A stretch of 32,000 nucleotides of DNA from the NCBI GenBank assembly GCA_964565725.1, contig CAZMGA010000002.1, forward strand, positions 1 through 32,000. Reading direction: 5' to 3'. This document shows positions 25,031-32,000 of the stretch, in pieces. The DNA comes from an uncultured archaeon (GTDB lineage: Archaea > Iainarchaeota > Iainarchaeia > Iainarchaeales > 0-14-0-20-30-16). Under the pieces are notes generated by a model. The model made no database searches. It had not been told where the DNA came from and saw only the letters and a program-made list of their open reading frames with translations. Within the stretch, counting starts at the first letter, position 1; each line of letters opens with the position of its first letter. The position numbers and the translations under genes are program-made.

Positions 25031-25040
25031 ATATATAAAT
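25028..25040 (+). promoter_or_regulatory. TATA-like element upstream of tRNA-Leu
   Basis: TTTATATATAAAT ends 10 nt before tRNA position 1. The exact TATA register is ambiguous in this AT-rich spacer. Confidence 0.3.
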
Positions 25041-25049
25041 AACTAAGTT

Positions 25050-25132
25050 GCTGGGGTTCCGGAGCGGTCAAACGGGCAGGGCTTAAGACCCTGTGGCGAA
25101 GGCCTTCAAGAGTTCGAACCTCTTCCCCAGCA
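25050..25132 (+). tRNA. tRNA-Leu (anticodon UAA), class II with long variable arm, no encoded CCA
   Basis: Hand-folded. Acceptor GCTGGGG/CCCCAGC plus discriminator A, D stem CCG/CGG with loop GAGCGGTCAAA, anticodon stem CAGGG/CCCTG with loop CTTAAGA, variable arm GGC-GAAG-GCC, and T arm AAGAG-TTCGAAC-CTCTT. It forms a sharp GC-rich island. Confidence 0.9.
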
Positions 25133-25170
25133 TATATATTATTTTGATAATATTTATTGGAGTGAAATGT

Positions 25171-25536
25171 ATGAAACATATACAATTAGATGATTTAAAA
25201 AGAAAATATATTATTGGTTTGAAAAAAAAATCTATTGCAGATAAGCAAGATTTTTATTTAGCATTATCAAAAGCAATGGATGTGAGTTCTAGAAATTTTC
25301 CTGCAATTAATGTTTATAGATTAAATAAAATTGCAAAAAAAAATCCAAATAAAATATATTTAATACCTGGTAATTTATTAGGTTATGGTGATATTACTTC
25401 TGCAGTAAAAGTTTATGCATATAAAGTTTCAAAAAATGCAGAAGAAAAAATAAAAGCTGTAAAAGGTTCTGTAAAAGATTTTGATGAATTATTAAAATCA
25501 AAATTAGAATCAAAAGATATTATGATTGTTAAATAG
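25171..25536 (+). CDS. rpl18e: 50S ribosomal protein L18e (eL18)
   Basis: AINVYRLNKIAKKN...YLIPGNLLGYGDITSAVKVYAYKVSKNAEEKIKAVKG. The track start 25093 lies inside the tRNA. ATG 25171 follows GGAGTGA. Confidence 0.85.
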   Translation: MKHIQLDDLKRKYIIGLKKKSIADKQDFYLALSKAMDVSSRNFPAINVYRLNKIAKKNPNKIYLIPGNLLGYGDITSAVKVYAYKVSKNAEEKIKAVKGSVKDFDELLKSKLESKDIMIVK

Positions 25537-25544
25537 GTGATTTT

Positions 25545-26048
25545 ATGACCCAAAAAAAAGAAGATACTAAACAAGTTGCAAAGAAAGTTGTTAAAGAAAA
25601 AAAAGTAATAGTTAAAAAACCAATTGTTAAAAAAGAAATTAATTACGATGCTACAAATTTAATTTTAGGTAGATTATCAAGTTATGTTGCTCAAAAATTA
25701 TTATTAGGTTATAAAATAAATATTTATAATGCAGAAAAAGCAATAATTACAGGAGATCCAAAAATTATTGTAGAACAATATACAGTTAAATTAAATTTTA
25801 GAGGTAAAGGTAATCCTGAAAAAGGACCAAAATATCCTAAAATTCCTGATAAAATGTTATTAAATGCAGTTAAAAGAATGTTGCCACATAAAAAAACAAG
25901 AGGTATAGATGCATTTAAAGATTTAAAAGTATTTATAGGTAATGAAGATAATGTAAAATTAGAAACTATTGAAGATGCAAAATTACAAAAGAGTATTAAA
26001 TATTTACAATTAGGTGAATTAAGTACTAAATTAGGTGCTAAATGGTGA
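25545..26048 (+). CDS. rpl13: 50S ribosomal protein L13 (uL13) with a Lys-rich N-terminal extension of about 30 aa
   Basis: YDATNLILGRLSSYVAQKLLLGYKINIYNAEKAIITG, MLPHKKTRG. Confidence 0.92.
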   Translation: MTQKKEDTKQVAKKVVKEKKVIVKKPIVKKEINYDATNLILGRLSSYVAQKLLLGYKINIYNAEKAIITGDPKIIVEQYTVKLNFRGKGNPEKGPKYPKIPDKMLLNAVKRMLPHKKTRGIDAFKDLKVFIGNEDNVKLETIEDAKLQKSIKYLQLGELSTKLGAKW

Positions 26049-26053
26049 TATTT

Positions 26054-26611
26054 ATGTATGAAAGAAGAGATTTTAGAAGAGATAGAATGAAAAGAGAATA
26101 TGTTGAAGAAAAAGAAGAAAAACCAAAACCAGAAAAAAAACCTAAATTAGTAAAAATTCCTAAATCTTTAGAAAAACCAATTTTTGTTAAATCAAAGAAT
26201 GGTAAAGTTTTACACGTTTCTAGTAAGAGAAAAACTGCAATTGCTAGAGCTAGTGTTAAAAAAGGAAAAGGAAAAATTACAATAAATAAAATACCTTATA
26301 CTTTAATATCTAATAAATATTTGTTAGATATGGTTAAAGAGCCTATAGTTTTGGTAGAAGAATATAAACAAGAATTGCCATCTCAAATAGATATTGCTAT
26401 AACTGTTAAAGGTGGAGGAACTATTGGTCAAATGGTTGCTGTAAGAAATTGTATTGCAAAAGCATTTGTACAATATTTTAACGATGTTAATTTAGCCCAC
26501 AAAATAAGTACTTATAATAGATCTTTCTTAATTGATGATGAAAGAAGAGTAGAAGCTAAAAAACCATTAGGTACAAAAGCAAGAGCTAAAAAACAACATT
26601 CTAAGAGATAG
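26054..26611 (+). CDS. rps9: 30S ribosomal protein S9 (uS9) with a charged N-terminal extension of about 55 aa
   Basis: SSKRKTAIARASVKKGKGKITIN, ITVKGGGTIGQ, and a C-terminal basic tail ending SKR. ATG 26042 overlaps GGTGAT, so ATG 26054 is preferred. Confidence 0.9.
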   Translation: MYERRDFRRDRMKREYVEEKEEKPKPEKKPKLVKIPKSLEKPIFVKSKNGKVLHVSSKRKTAIARASVKKGKGKITINKIPYTLISNKYLLDMVKEPIVLVEEYKQELPSQIDIAITVKGGGTIGQMVAVRNCIAKAFVQYFNDVNLAHKISTYNRSFLIDDERRVEAKKPLGTKARAKKQHSKR

Positions 26612-26624
26612 ACGAGGGATATAC

Positions 26625-26819
26625 ATGTTAATGCCTGTAAGATGTTTTAGTTGTGGTTTTCCTGTGAGTGAATATTATGAAGCTTATAAAGAATCTATAG
26701 CTAAAGGTAAAACTCCAGAAGAAGCATTAAATTCTTTAGATATTAAAAATTATTGTTGTAGAAGAATGCTTTTAACTAGTGTAGATTATATTACTGAATT
26801 GATAAAATTCCAAAAGTGA
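26625..26819 (+). CDS. rpoN: DNA-directed RNA polymerase subunit N (Rpo10)
   Basis: MLMPVRCFSCGFPV...YCCRRMLLTSVD. Confidence 0.92.
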   Translation: MLMPVRCFSCGFPVSEYYEAYKESIAKGKTPEEALNSLDIKNYCCRRMLLTSVDYITELIKFQK

Positions 26820-26823
26820 GATA

Positions 26824-28017
26824 ATGAAAGTAGATATTCAAAAAGTTTTTGATAGTAGAGGTATGCCAACTATTATGGCTTATACTTATTATGAAGATGA
26901 AAGAATATTTGCAATTGCTCCTGCGGGAAAAAGTACTGGAATGCATGAAGCACAGGTTTATCCTTTAGATAAAAAAGGTAAAGCTAATATAGATTTAAGT
27001 TTTAAGTTTTTTAAAACTAATGAAAAAGCAATATTTGAAGCATTTGAATTTGATAATCAAGAAGAATTTGATTCTTTATTAGAAGATTTAGATGAAACAA
27101 ATAATTTTTCTGATATGGGTGCAAATTTATCTACTGCTTTATCAATGTTATTTTTGAAAGTTCAAGCTAAAAAAAATAATTTTGAATTATATAAATATTT
27201 AAATCCAAAAGTAAAATTAAAAGATTTGCCTAAGCCTTTAGGAAATGTTGTTGGTGGTGGATTACATTCAAATAATAAAATATCTATTCAAGAATTTTTA
27301 GTATTAAATGAAGAAAAAAAAATTTCTGAAAACATTTTAAAGAACATAAATGTATATCATGAAATTGAAAACATTTTAAAGAGTAAAAAAAAGTTTTTTG
27401 GAAAAAATGATGAAGGTGCAATATCTTTTGATTCAAATTCTTTTGAAGTATTAAATATTATTGAACAATCAATAAAAAATTTAGGCTATAAAACAAAAAT
27501 AGGTTTGGATATTGCTGCAAGTTCATTTTATAAAAATAAAAAATATGAATTTGAAGGAAAAAAATATTCTGAAAGTGAATATTTGCAAATATTATTAGAT
27601 ACAATTAAAAATTATAAAAATATATATTATATTGAAGATCCTTTTGATGAAGAATCATTTACTGCATTTGCAGAACTACAAAAGAAAACAAAATCTTTAA
27701 TTTGTGGTGATGATTTATTTACTACAAATAAAGATAGATTAATTCAAGGTATAAAAAATAAATCTGCAAAAGCAATATTGATAAAACCAAATCAAATAGG
27801 TACAATAACAAAAACAATTGAAACTGTAAATTATGCAAAAAAACATAATGTTATGCCAGTAATTTCTCATAGATCTGGAGAAAGTATTGATAATACAATA
27901 TCTCATTTGGCTGTTGGATTATCTATACCATATATAAAAACAGGAACAGTTTCAGGAGAACGTTTAGCAAAATTGAATGAACTTATATTCATAGAAAAAA
28001 GAATTGAGGAAAAATAA
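26824..28017 (+). CDS. eno: Enolase (short form, 397 aa)
   Basis: KSTGMHEA, IQEFLV, NDEG, DIAASSFY, IEDPFDEE, CGDDLFTTN, LIKPNQIGT, SHRSGES, and IKTGTVSGERLAKLNEL. All canonical catalytic and metal positions appear present. Confidence 0.88.
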   Translation: MKVDIQKVFDSRGMPTIMAYTYYEDERIFAIAPAGKSTGMHEAQVYPLDKKGKANIDLSFKFFKTNEKAIFEAFEFDNQEEFDSLLEDLDETNNFSDMGANLSTALSMLFLKVQAKKNNFELYKYLNPKVKLKDLPKPLGNVVGGGLHSNNKISIQEFLVLNEEKKISENILKNINVYHEIENILKSKKKFFGKNDEGAISFDSNSFEVLNIIEQSIKNLGYKTKIGLDIAASSFYKNKKYEFEGKKYSESEYLQILLDTIKNYKNIYYIEDPFDEESFTAFAELQKKTKSLICGDDLFTTNKDRLIQGIKNKSAKAILIKPNQIGTITKTIETVNYAKKHNVMPVISHRSGESIDNTISHLAVGLSIPYIKTGTVSGERLAKLNELIFIEKRIEEK

Positions 28018-28038
28018 ATATATTATTAAGGTGAGTGT

Positions 28039-28707
28039 ATGAGTAAAGAATTATTAATTAGCCCAGAAGAATATTTAAAATCAGGTATTCATATAGGTAC
28101 AAGATTTAAATCTAAAGGTATGAGAAAATATATTTTTAAATTAAGAAAAGATGGTTTAAAAGTATTTTCTATTGAAGAAATAGATGAAAAAATTAGAGCT
28201 CTTGCAAAATTTTTAGTGAATTATAATCCTGAAAAAATAGCAGTTGTTGGTAGAAGAGTTTTTGCAAAAACAGCTATTGAAAATTTTTGTAAAATAATTG
28301 GTGCAAAATCTTATGTTGGTAGATTTATTCCAGGAGATTTTACTAATGCTAAAAGTAAGAACTTTTTTGAACCCGAATTAATATTTGTTGTAGAATCTAA
28401 TTTAGACAAACAAGCAATAATTGAAGCAGTAAAAGTAAATATACCTGTTGTTTCTTTGAGTAGTGCAAATAATTCAACAGTAAATATAGATTATGCTGTA
28501 CCTTGTAATAATAAAGGTAAAAAAAGTTTAGCATTATTATTTTGGTTAATTGCTAGAGAATATCAATTATGTAAAGGAATCATAAAATCAAGAGATGATT
28601 TCAAACATAAAGTTGAAGAATTTGAATATAATGGTAAAGAAAAAATTGTTAAAAATGAAGATGACAGAAGAAATAGAAGACCTATAAGAGGACAAAGAAG
28701 AAGATAA
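28039..28707 (+). CDS. rps2: 30S ribosomal protein S2 (uS2)
   Basis: YLKSGIHIGTRFKSKGMRKYIFKLRKDGLKVF, with GGTGAG upstream and the conserved eno-S2 pairing. Confidence 0.9.
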   Translation: MSKELLISPEEYLKSGIHIGTRFKSKGMRKYIFKLRKDGLKVFSIEEIDEKIRALAKFLVNYNPEKIAVVGRRVFAKTAIENFCKIIGAKSYVGRFIPGDFTNAKSKNFFEPELIFVVESNLDKQAIIEAVKVNIPVVSLSSANNSTVNIDYAVPCNNKGKKSLALLFWLIAREYQLCKGIIKSRDDFKHKVEEFEYNGKEKIVKNEDDRRNRRPIRGQRRR

Positions 28708-28735
28708 ATTCTTTATTTTCTAAAAGGTAATTATT

Positions 28736-31567
28736 ATGCAAGCATATAACCTAAATGAAGAAAATAATATTAAACAATTTTGGGACAAAGAAGAAATTAG
28801 AAAAAAGTTTTTAAATAAAAATAAAAACAATAATAAAACTTTCTATTTTATGGATGGTCCGCCTTATGCTAACGGACATATTCATTTAGGCCACGCATTA
28901 AATAAAATTACTAAAGATGTTATAATTAGATATAAAATAATGCGAGGATTTGATACTTTTGCAAAAGCTGGTTATGATACTCATGGAGTACCTATAGAAC
29001 ATAAAGTTCAAAAAGCATTAAATTTAGATTCAAAAGAAGATATTGAAAATTATGGTATGGATAAATTTATATCTCAATGTATTAATTTTGCAACAGAACA
29101 TATTGAAGATATGAATAGAGAATTTTTAAATTTAGGTATATGGATGGATTATGAAAATGCATATATCACATTAAAACCAGATTATATTGAAGGGTTGTGG
29201 CAAGCTTTTAAAAAAGCTGATGAAAAAAAATTATTATATAAAGGAAGATATCCTGTTCATTTTTGTTCTGAATGTGGAACTGCATTATCATTTAATGAAA
29301 TTGAACACACCACATTAGATGATATGTCTATTTTTGTTAAATTTAAAACTAAAGATAATAGATTTTTAATAATTTGGACTACTACTCCTTGGACTTTACC
29401 TTCAAATGTTGGAATTATGGTTAATCCTTCTGCTACATATATAGATGTAAATATTGGTGGAGAAGTATGGATTATTGCAAAAGAATTATTAGAATCATTA
29501 TGTAATAAAATAGAAGCTGGTTTTACAATATTAAAAGAGTATTCTGGTAAAGAATTAAATAATTTAAAATATGATAATCCATTGGAACCTTTGTTGAAAA
29601 GAAAAAATTTAGAAAATGCTAATAGAGTGGTATTATCTGATAGATATGTTACTTTGGATACAGGATCTGGTTTAGTACATTGTGCACCAGGTCATGGAAA
29701 AGAAGATTTTGAAGTAGGTATGCAAACAGGATTACCTGCATATACTTGTTTAAATGAAAAAGGAGTATTTGGAGAAGATGCGGGAAAATATATTAATTTA
29801 AAAGCAAAATCTGCTAATTCTATAATAATTGAAGATTTATCCAATTTAAATGCTTTAATTTATAAAGAAGTAATTTCTCATGAATATCCTATTTGTTGGA
29901 GATGTAAATCACCATTATTACAAGTAGCTATGCCACAATGGTTTTTAAAAATAACTGATATTAGAGAAGAATTATTAAAAAATAATGAAAAAGTTTATTG
30001 GCCTCAAAGTTTTTCTAAAAATAGATTTACAAATTGGTTGTCTTCTTTAAGTGATTGGCCTGTTTCAAGATCGAGATATTGGGGAACACCTTTACCTATA
30101 TGGGTATGTGATAAATGTAATAAATTTGATGTGTTGGGTTCTTTTACAGAATTAGAAGAAAAAACAGGTAAAAAAATTGAAAAAACAATTTTAGGAGTTC
30201 ATAAACCAGAAATTGATAAATATACTTATAAATGTGAATGTGGAGGAATTAAAAAGAGAATTCCTGATGTTTTAGATGTATGGTTTGATTCTGGAGCTTC
30301 TAGTTGGAGTGCTTTAGATAATGAAGAATTATTTAAGAGATTTTGGCCTGCTGATTTAAATATTGAAGGTACTGATCAATTTAGAGGTTGGTGGAATTCA
30401 CAAATGATATTATCTACTATTTGTTTCGATAATACACCTTTTAAATCTATTTTAGTACATGGTATGGTTTTAGATATTAATAAAAGAGAAATGCATAAAT
30501 CTGATGGTAATGTAATTGGTCCAAATGAAATAATTGAAGAATATAATAGAGATTCTTTGCGATATTATTTAATTAAAAATAGTACGGGTAATGATTTTGG
30601 TTTTGGAAAAGAACTTTTAAAAGATACTATGAGATTTTTTAATATTTTGATAAATATTGGTAATTATATTGAAACTTATTTAAATGCAAATTTGGATATT
30701 AAAGAATTGCCAGTAGATTTAGAAATTGAAGATAAATGGATTTTATCTAAATATAATTCTATGAAATCAAATGTTTTAGATAATTATGATAGTTATAATT
30801 TTTATAAAGTTGTTCCATTATTAGAAAATTTTATTATTGAAGATTTTAGTAGAAATTATATGAAATTAATAAAAGATAGAACTGACAAAGAAAATTTGTC
30901 CTTAGTTTTTAATTATATTTTTGGAGGCTATTTAAGATTATTAGCTCCTATATTACCACATATAACAGAATATATTTACAAAAATTTTAATTTCAATAGT
31001 ATTCATTTAACAAACATAGATGATTTTAATAATAATGATATAAATTTAGATTTAGAAAAAGAAATGGACTTAATTTTAGATATTGTTCAATTGGGTTTAG
31101 GTTTGAGAGAAAAAGAAAAATTAAGATTAAGATGGACTTTACCAAAGTTATATGTTAATTTAAAAAATAATCAAAATATAAAATATTGTCAAAAAATATT
31201 AGAAAAAATGTTAAATGTAAATAATGTTGAATTTATTAATGAGAATTTAAATAAACCTTTTATTGAAGATGATTTTGTAAAAATTTTTGTGGATGCTAAT
31301 TTTTCAAAAGGTACTAAAGATTTATGGTTTGTACAAGAATTAAGAAGACATATTCAAAATGAAAGAAAAATTTTAAAATTTTCTCCACAAGAAAATAAAG
31401 AATTAAATATTTATTGTGATGAGGATGTAAAAAAAATATTAACTAAATATTTAGTTGATTTAGAAAATACTACCAATACAAAAATAATATTAAATAATTT
31501 AATACAAGAAGATTTAATAGAAATATTAGATAAAAAAATATTAGTTAAGTTTAATATAAATAAGTGA
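28736..31567 (+). CDS. ileS: Isoleucyl-tRNA synthetase
   Basis: FYFMDGPPYANGHIHLGHALNKITKD (HIGH), the CP1 editing motifs WTTTPWTLPSN and GSGLVHCAPGHGKEDFEVG, CWRCKSPL, EGTDQFRGWWNS, and a KMSKS-position EMHKS. Confidence 0.88.
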   Translation: MQAYNLNEENNIKQFWDKEEIRKKFLNKNKNNNKTFYFMDGPPYANGHIHLGHALNKITKDVIIRYKIMRGFDTFAKAGYDTHGVPIEHKVQKALNLDSKEDIENYGMDKFISQCINFATEHIEDMNREFLNLGIWMDYENAYITLKPDYIEGLWQAFKKADEKKLLYKGRYPVHFCSECGTALSFNEIEHTTLDDMSIFVKFKTKDNRFLIIWTTTPWTLPSNVGIMVNPSATYIDVNIGGEVWIIAKELLESLCNKIEAGFTILKEYSGKELNNLKYDNPLEPLLKRKNLENANRVVLSDRYVTLDTGSGLVHCAPGHGKEDFEVGMQTGLPAYTCLNEKGVFGEDAGKYINLKAKSANSIIIEDLSNLNALIYKEVISHEYPICWRCKSPLLQVAMPQWFLKITDIREELLKNNEKVYWPQSFSKNRFTNWLSSLSDWPVSRSRYWGTPLPIWVCDKCNKFDVLGSFTELEEKTGKKIEKTILGVHKPEIDKYTYKCECGGIKKRIPDVLDVWFDSGASSWSALDNEELFKRFWPADLNIEGTDQFRGWWNSQMILSTICFDNTPFKSILVHGMVLDINKREMHKSDGNVIGPNEIIEEYNRDSLRYYLIKNSTGNDFGFGKELLKDTMRFFNILINIGNYIETYLNANLDIKELPVDLEIEDKWILSKYNSMKSNVLDNYDSYNFYKVVPLLENFIIEDFSRNYMKLIKDRTDKENLSLVFNYIFGGYLRLLAPILPHITEYIYKNFNFNSIHLTNIDDFNNNDINLDLEKEMDLILDIVQLGLGLREKEKLRLRWTLPKLYVNLKNNQNIKYCQKILEKMLNVNNVEFINENLNKPFIEDDFVKIFVDANFSKGTKDLWFVQELRRHIQNERKILKFSPQENKELNIYCDEDVKKILTKYLVDLENTTNTKIILNNLIQEDLIEILDKKILVKFNINK

Positions 31568-31572
31568 TATTT

Positions 31573-32000
31573 ATGCCTACTAGAAAGTTTTTTGCATTTT
31601 TAGATAAATATAAAAATGAAAATGTTGAGAATAAAATTGTTAAACCAAAATTAACATTAGGACAAAGAGCAGCAGATTATGTTACTACTTGTGTTGGTTC
31701 TTGGAGATTTATTATTGGAGTATTAATTTTTATATGCTTATGGATGATTGTTAATGTAATAATATTATTAGAAGGTTGGGATCCATATCCTTTTATATTG
31801 TTGAATTTTTGTTTATCTTGTTTAGCTGCAATTCAAGCACCAATTATATTAATGAGTCAAAATAGACAAACAGAAATTGATAGAGTAAGAGCTGAATATG
31901 ATTATAAAGTAAACATAAAAGCAGAAAAGGAAATAAATAATATGCAAAAAGATTTAAATAATATTAAACACCTAATAAATGAATTGCATGAATGTAATTG
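31573..32000 (+). CDS. DUF1003-family membrane protein, 3' end truncated by the window edge
   Basis: Not in the ORF track because it has no stop in the window. Hand translation gives MPTRKFF...GQRAADYVTTCVGSWRFIIGVLIFICLWMIVN...WDPYPFILLNFCLSCLAAIQAPIILMSQNRQTEIDRVRAEYDYKVNIKAEKEI. GTGAT (31564-31568) contains the ileS stop. Confidence 0.75.
   Translation, partial: MPTRKFFAFLDKYKNENVENKIVKPKLTLGQRAADYVTTCVGSWRFIIGVLIFICLWMIVNVIILLEGWDPYPFILLNFCLSCLAAIQAPIILMSQNRQTEIDRVRAEYDYKVNIKAEKEINNMQKDLNNIKHLINELHECN

Noticed and set aside
25028-25132. Leaderless tRNA transcription implying RNase P-free processing, as in Nanoarchaeum
   Set aside because: The TATA register is ambiguous in this AT-rich spacer. 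An Rpp29 gene in the same window also argues that RNase P is retained.
25093-25170. N-terminal 26 aa of the ORF-track version of rpl18e
   Set aside because: The GTG start lies inside the tRNA-Leu gene. The conserved L18e sequence starts at ATG 25171, which has its own GGAGTGA SD.
26824-28017. Enolase as an odd metabolic insertion among ribosomal genes
   Set aside because: The eno-rps2 linkage downstream of rpoN is a long-known conserved feature of the archaeal superoperon, and the catalytic residues look intact.
1-32000. Alternative genetic code (stop-codon reassignment), as seen in some reduced lineages
   Set aside because: TGA, TAG and TAA all terminate well-conserved r-protein genes at the expected lengths, and no in-frame stops interrupt any conserved gene.

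Overview
Very AT-rich archaeal DNA (about a quarter GC by eye), using TAA, TAG and TGA all as stops. Roughly 7.8-31.6 kb is the archaeal ribosomal superoperon on the + strand. Its order is L3-L4-L23-L2-S19-L22-S3-L29-aIF1(SUI1)-Rpp29-S17-L14-L24-S4e-L5-S14-S8-L6-L32e-L19e-L18-S5-L30-L15-SecY-DUF106-L34e-Cmk-like-L14e-S13-S4-S11-RpoD-tRNA-Leu(UAA)-L18e-L13-S9-RpoN-enolase-S2-IleRS, then a truncated DUF1003 gene. The eL/eS proteins, RpoD/RpoN, Taw1 and Rpp29 make it archaeal. The compaction, missing adk and degenerate enzymes suggest a reduced, DPANN-like genome, which is inference. The first 6.5 kb is the only non-core part. It holds a five-gene cassette of small membrane proteins, a membrane-anchored CofD/YvcK homologue, a DRG-family GTPase, and a minus-strand operon of coiled-coil protein, anchored Asn-rich surface protein and degenerate RpiA-like protein. 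A Taw1 radical-SAM gene follows. Many ORF-track starts are GTG/TTG/ATG codons lying inside the GGTGAT Shine-Dalgarno motif, so I moved them to the downstream ATG. I added rps14, the tRNA and the 3' partial gene, which the track lacks. I found no CRISPR, mobile element or recognisable defence system. The best candidates for something undescribed are the membrane cassette (81-1681), the surface-protein operon (4082-6496), a 45-nt tail module shared by rps3 and rpl29, and the P-loop-less Cmk homologue. All family calls come from motif recognition by eye, and no searches were run.
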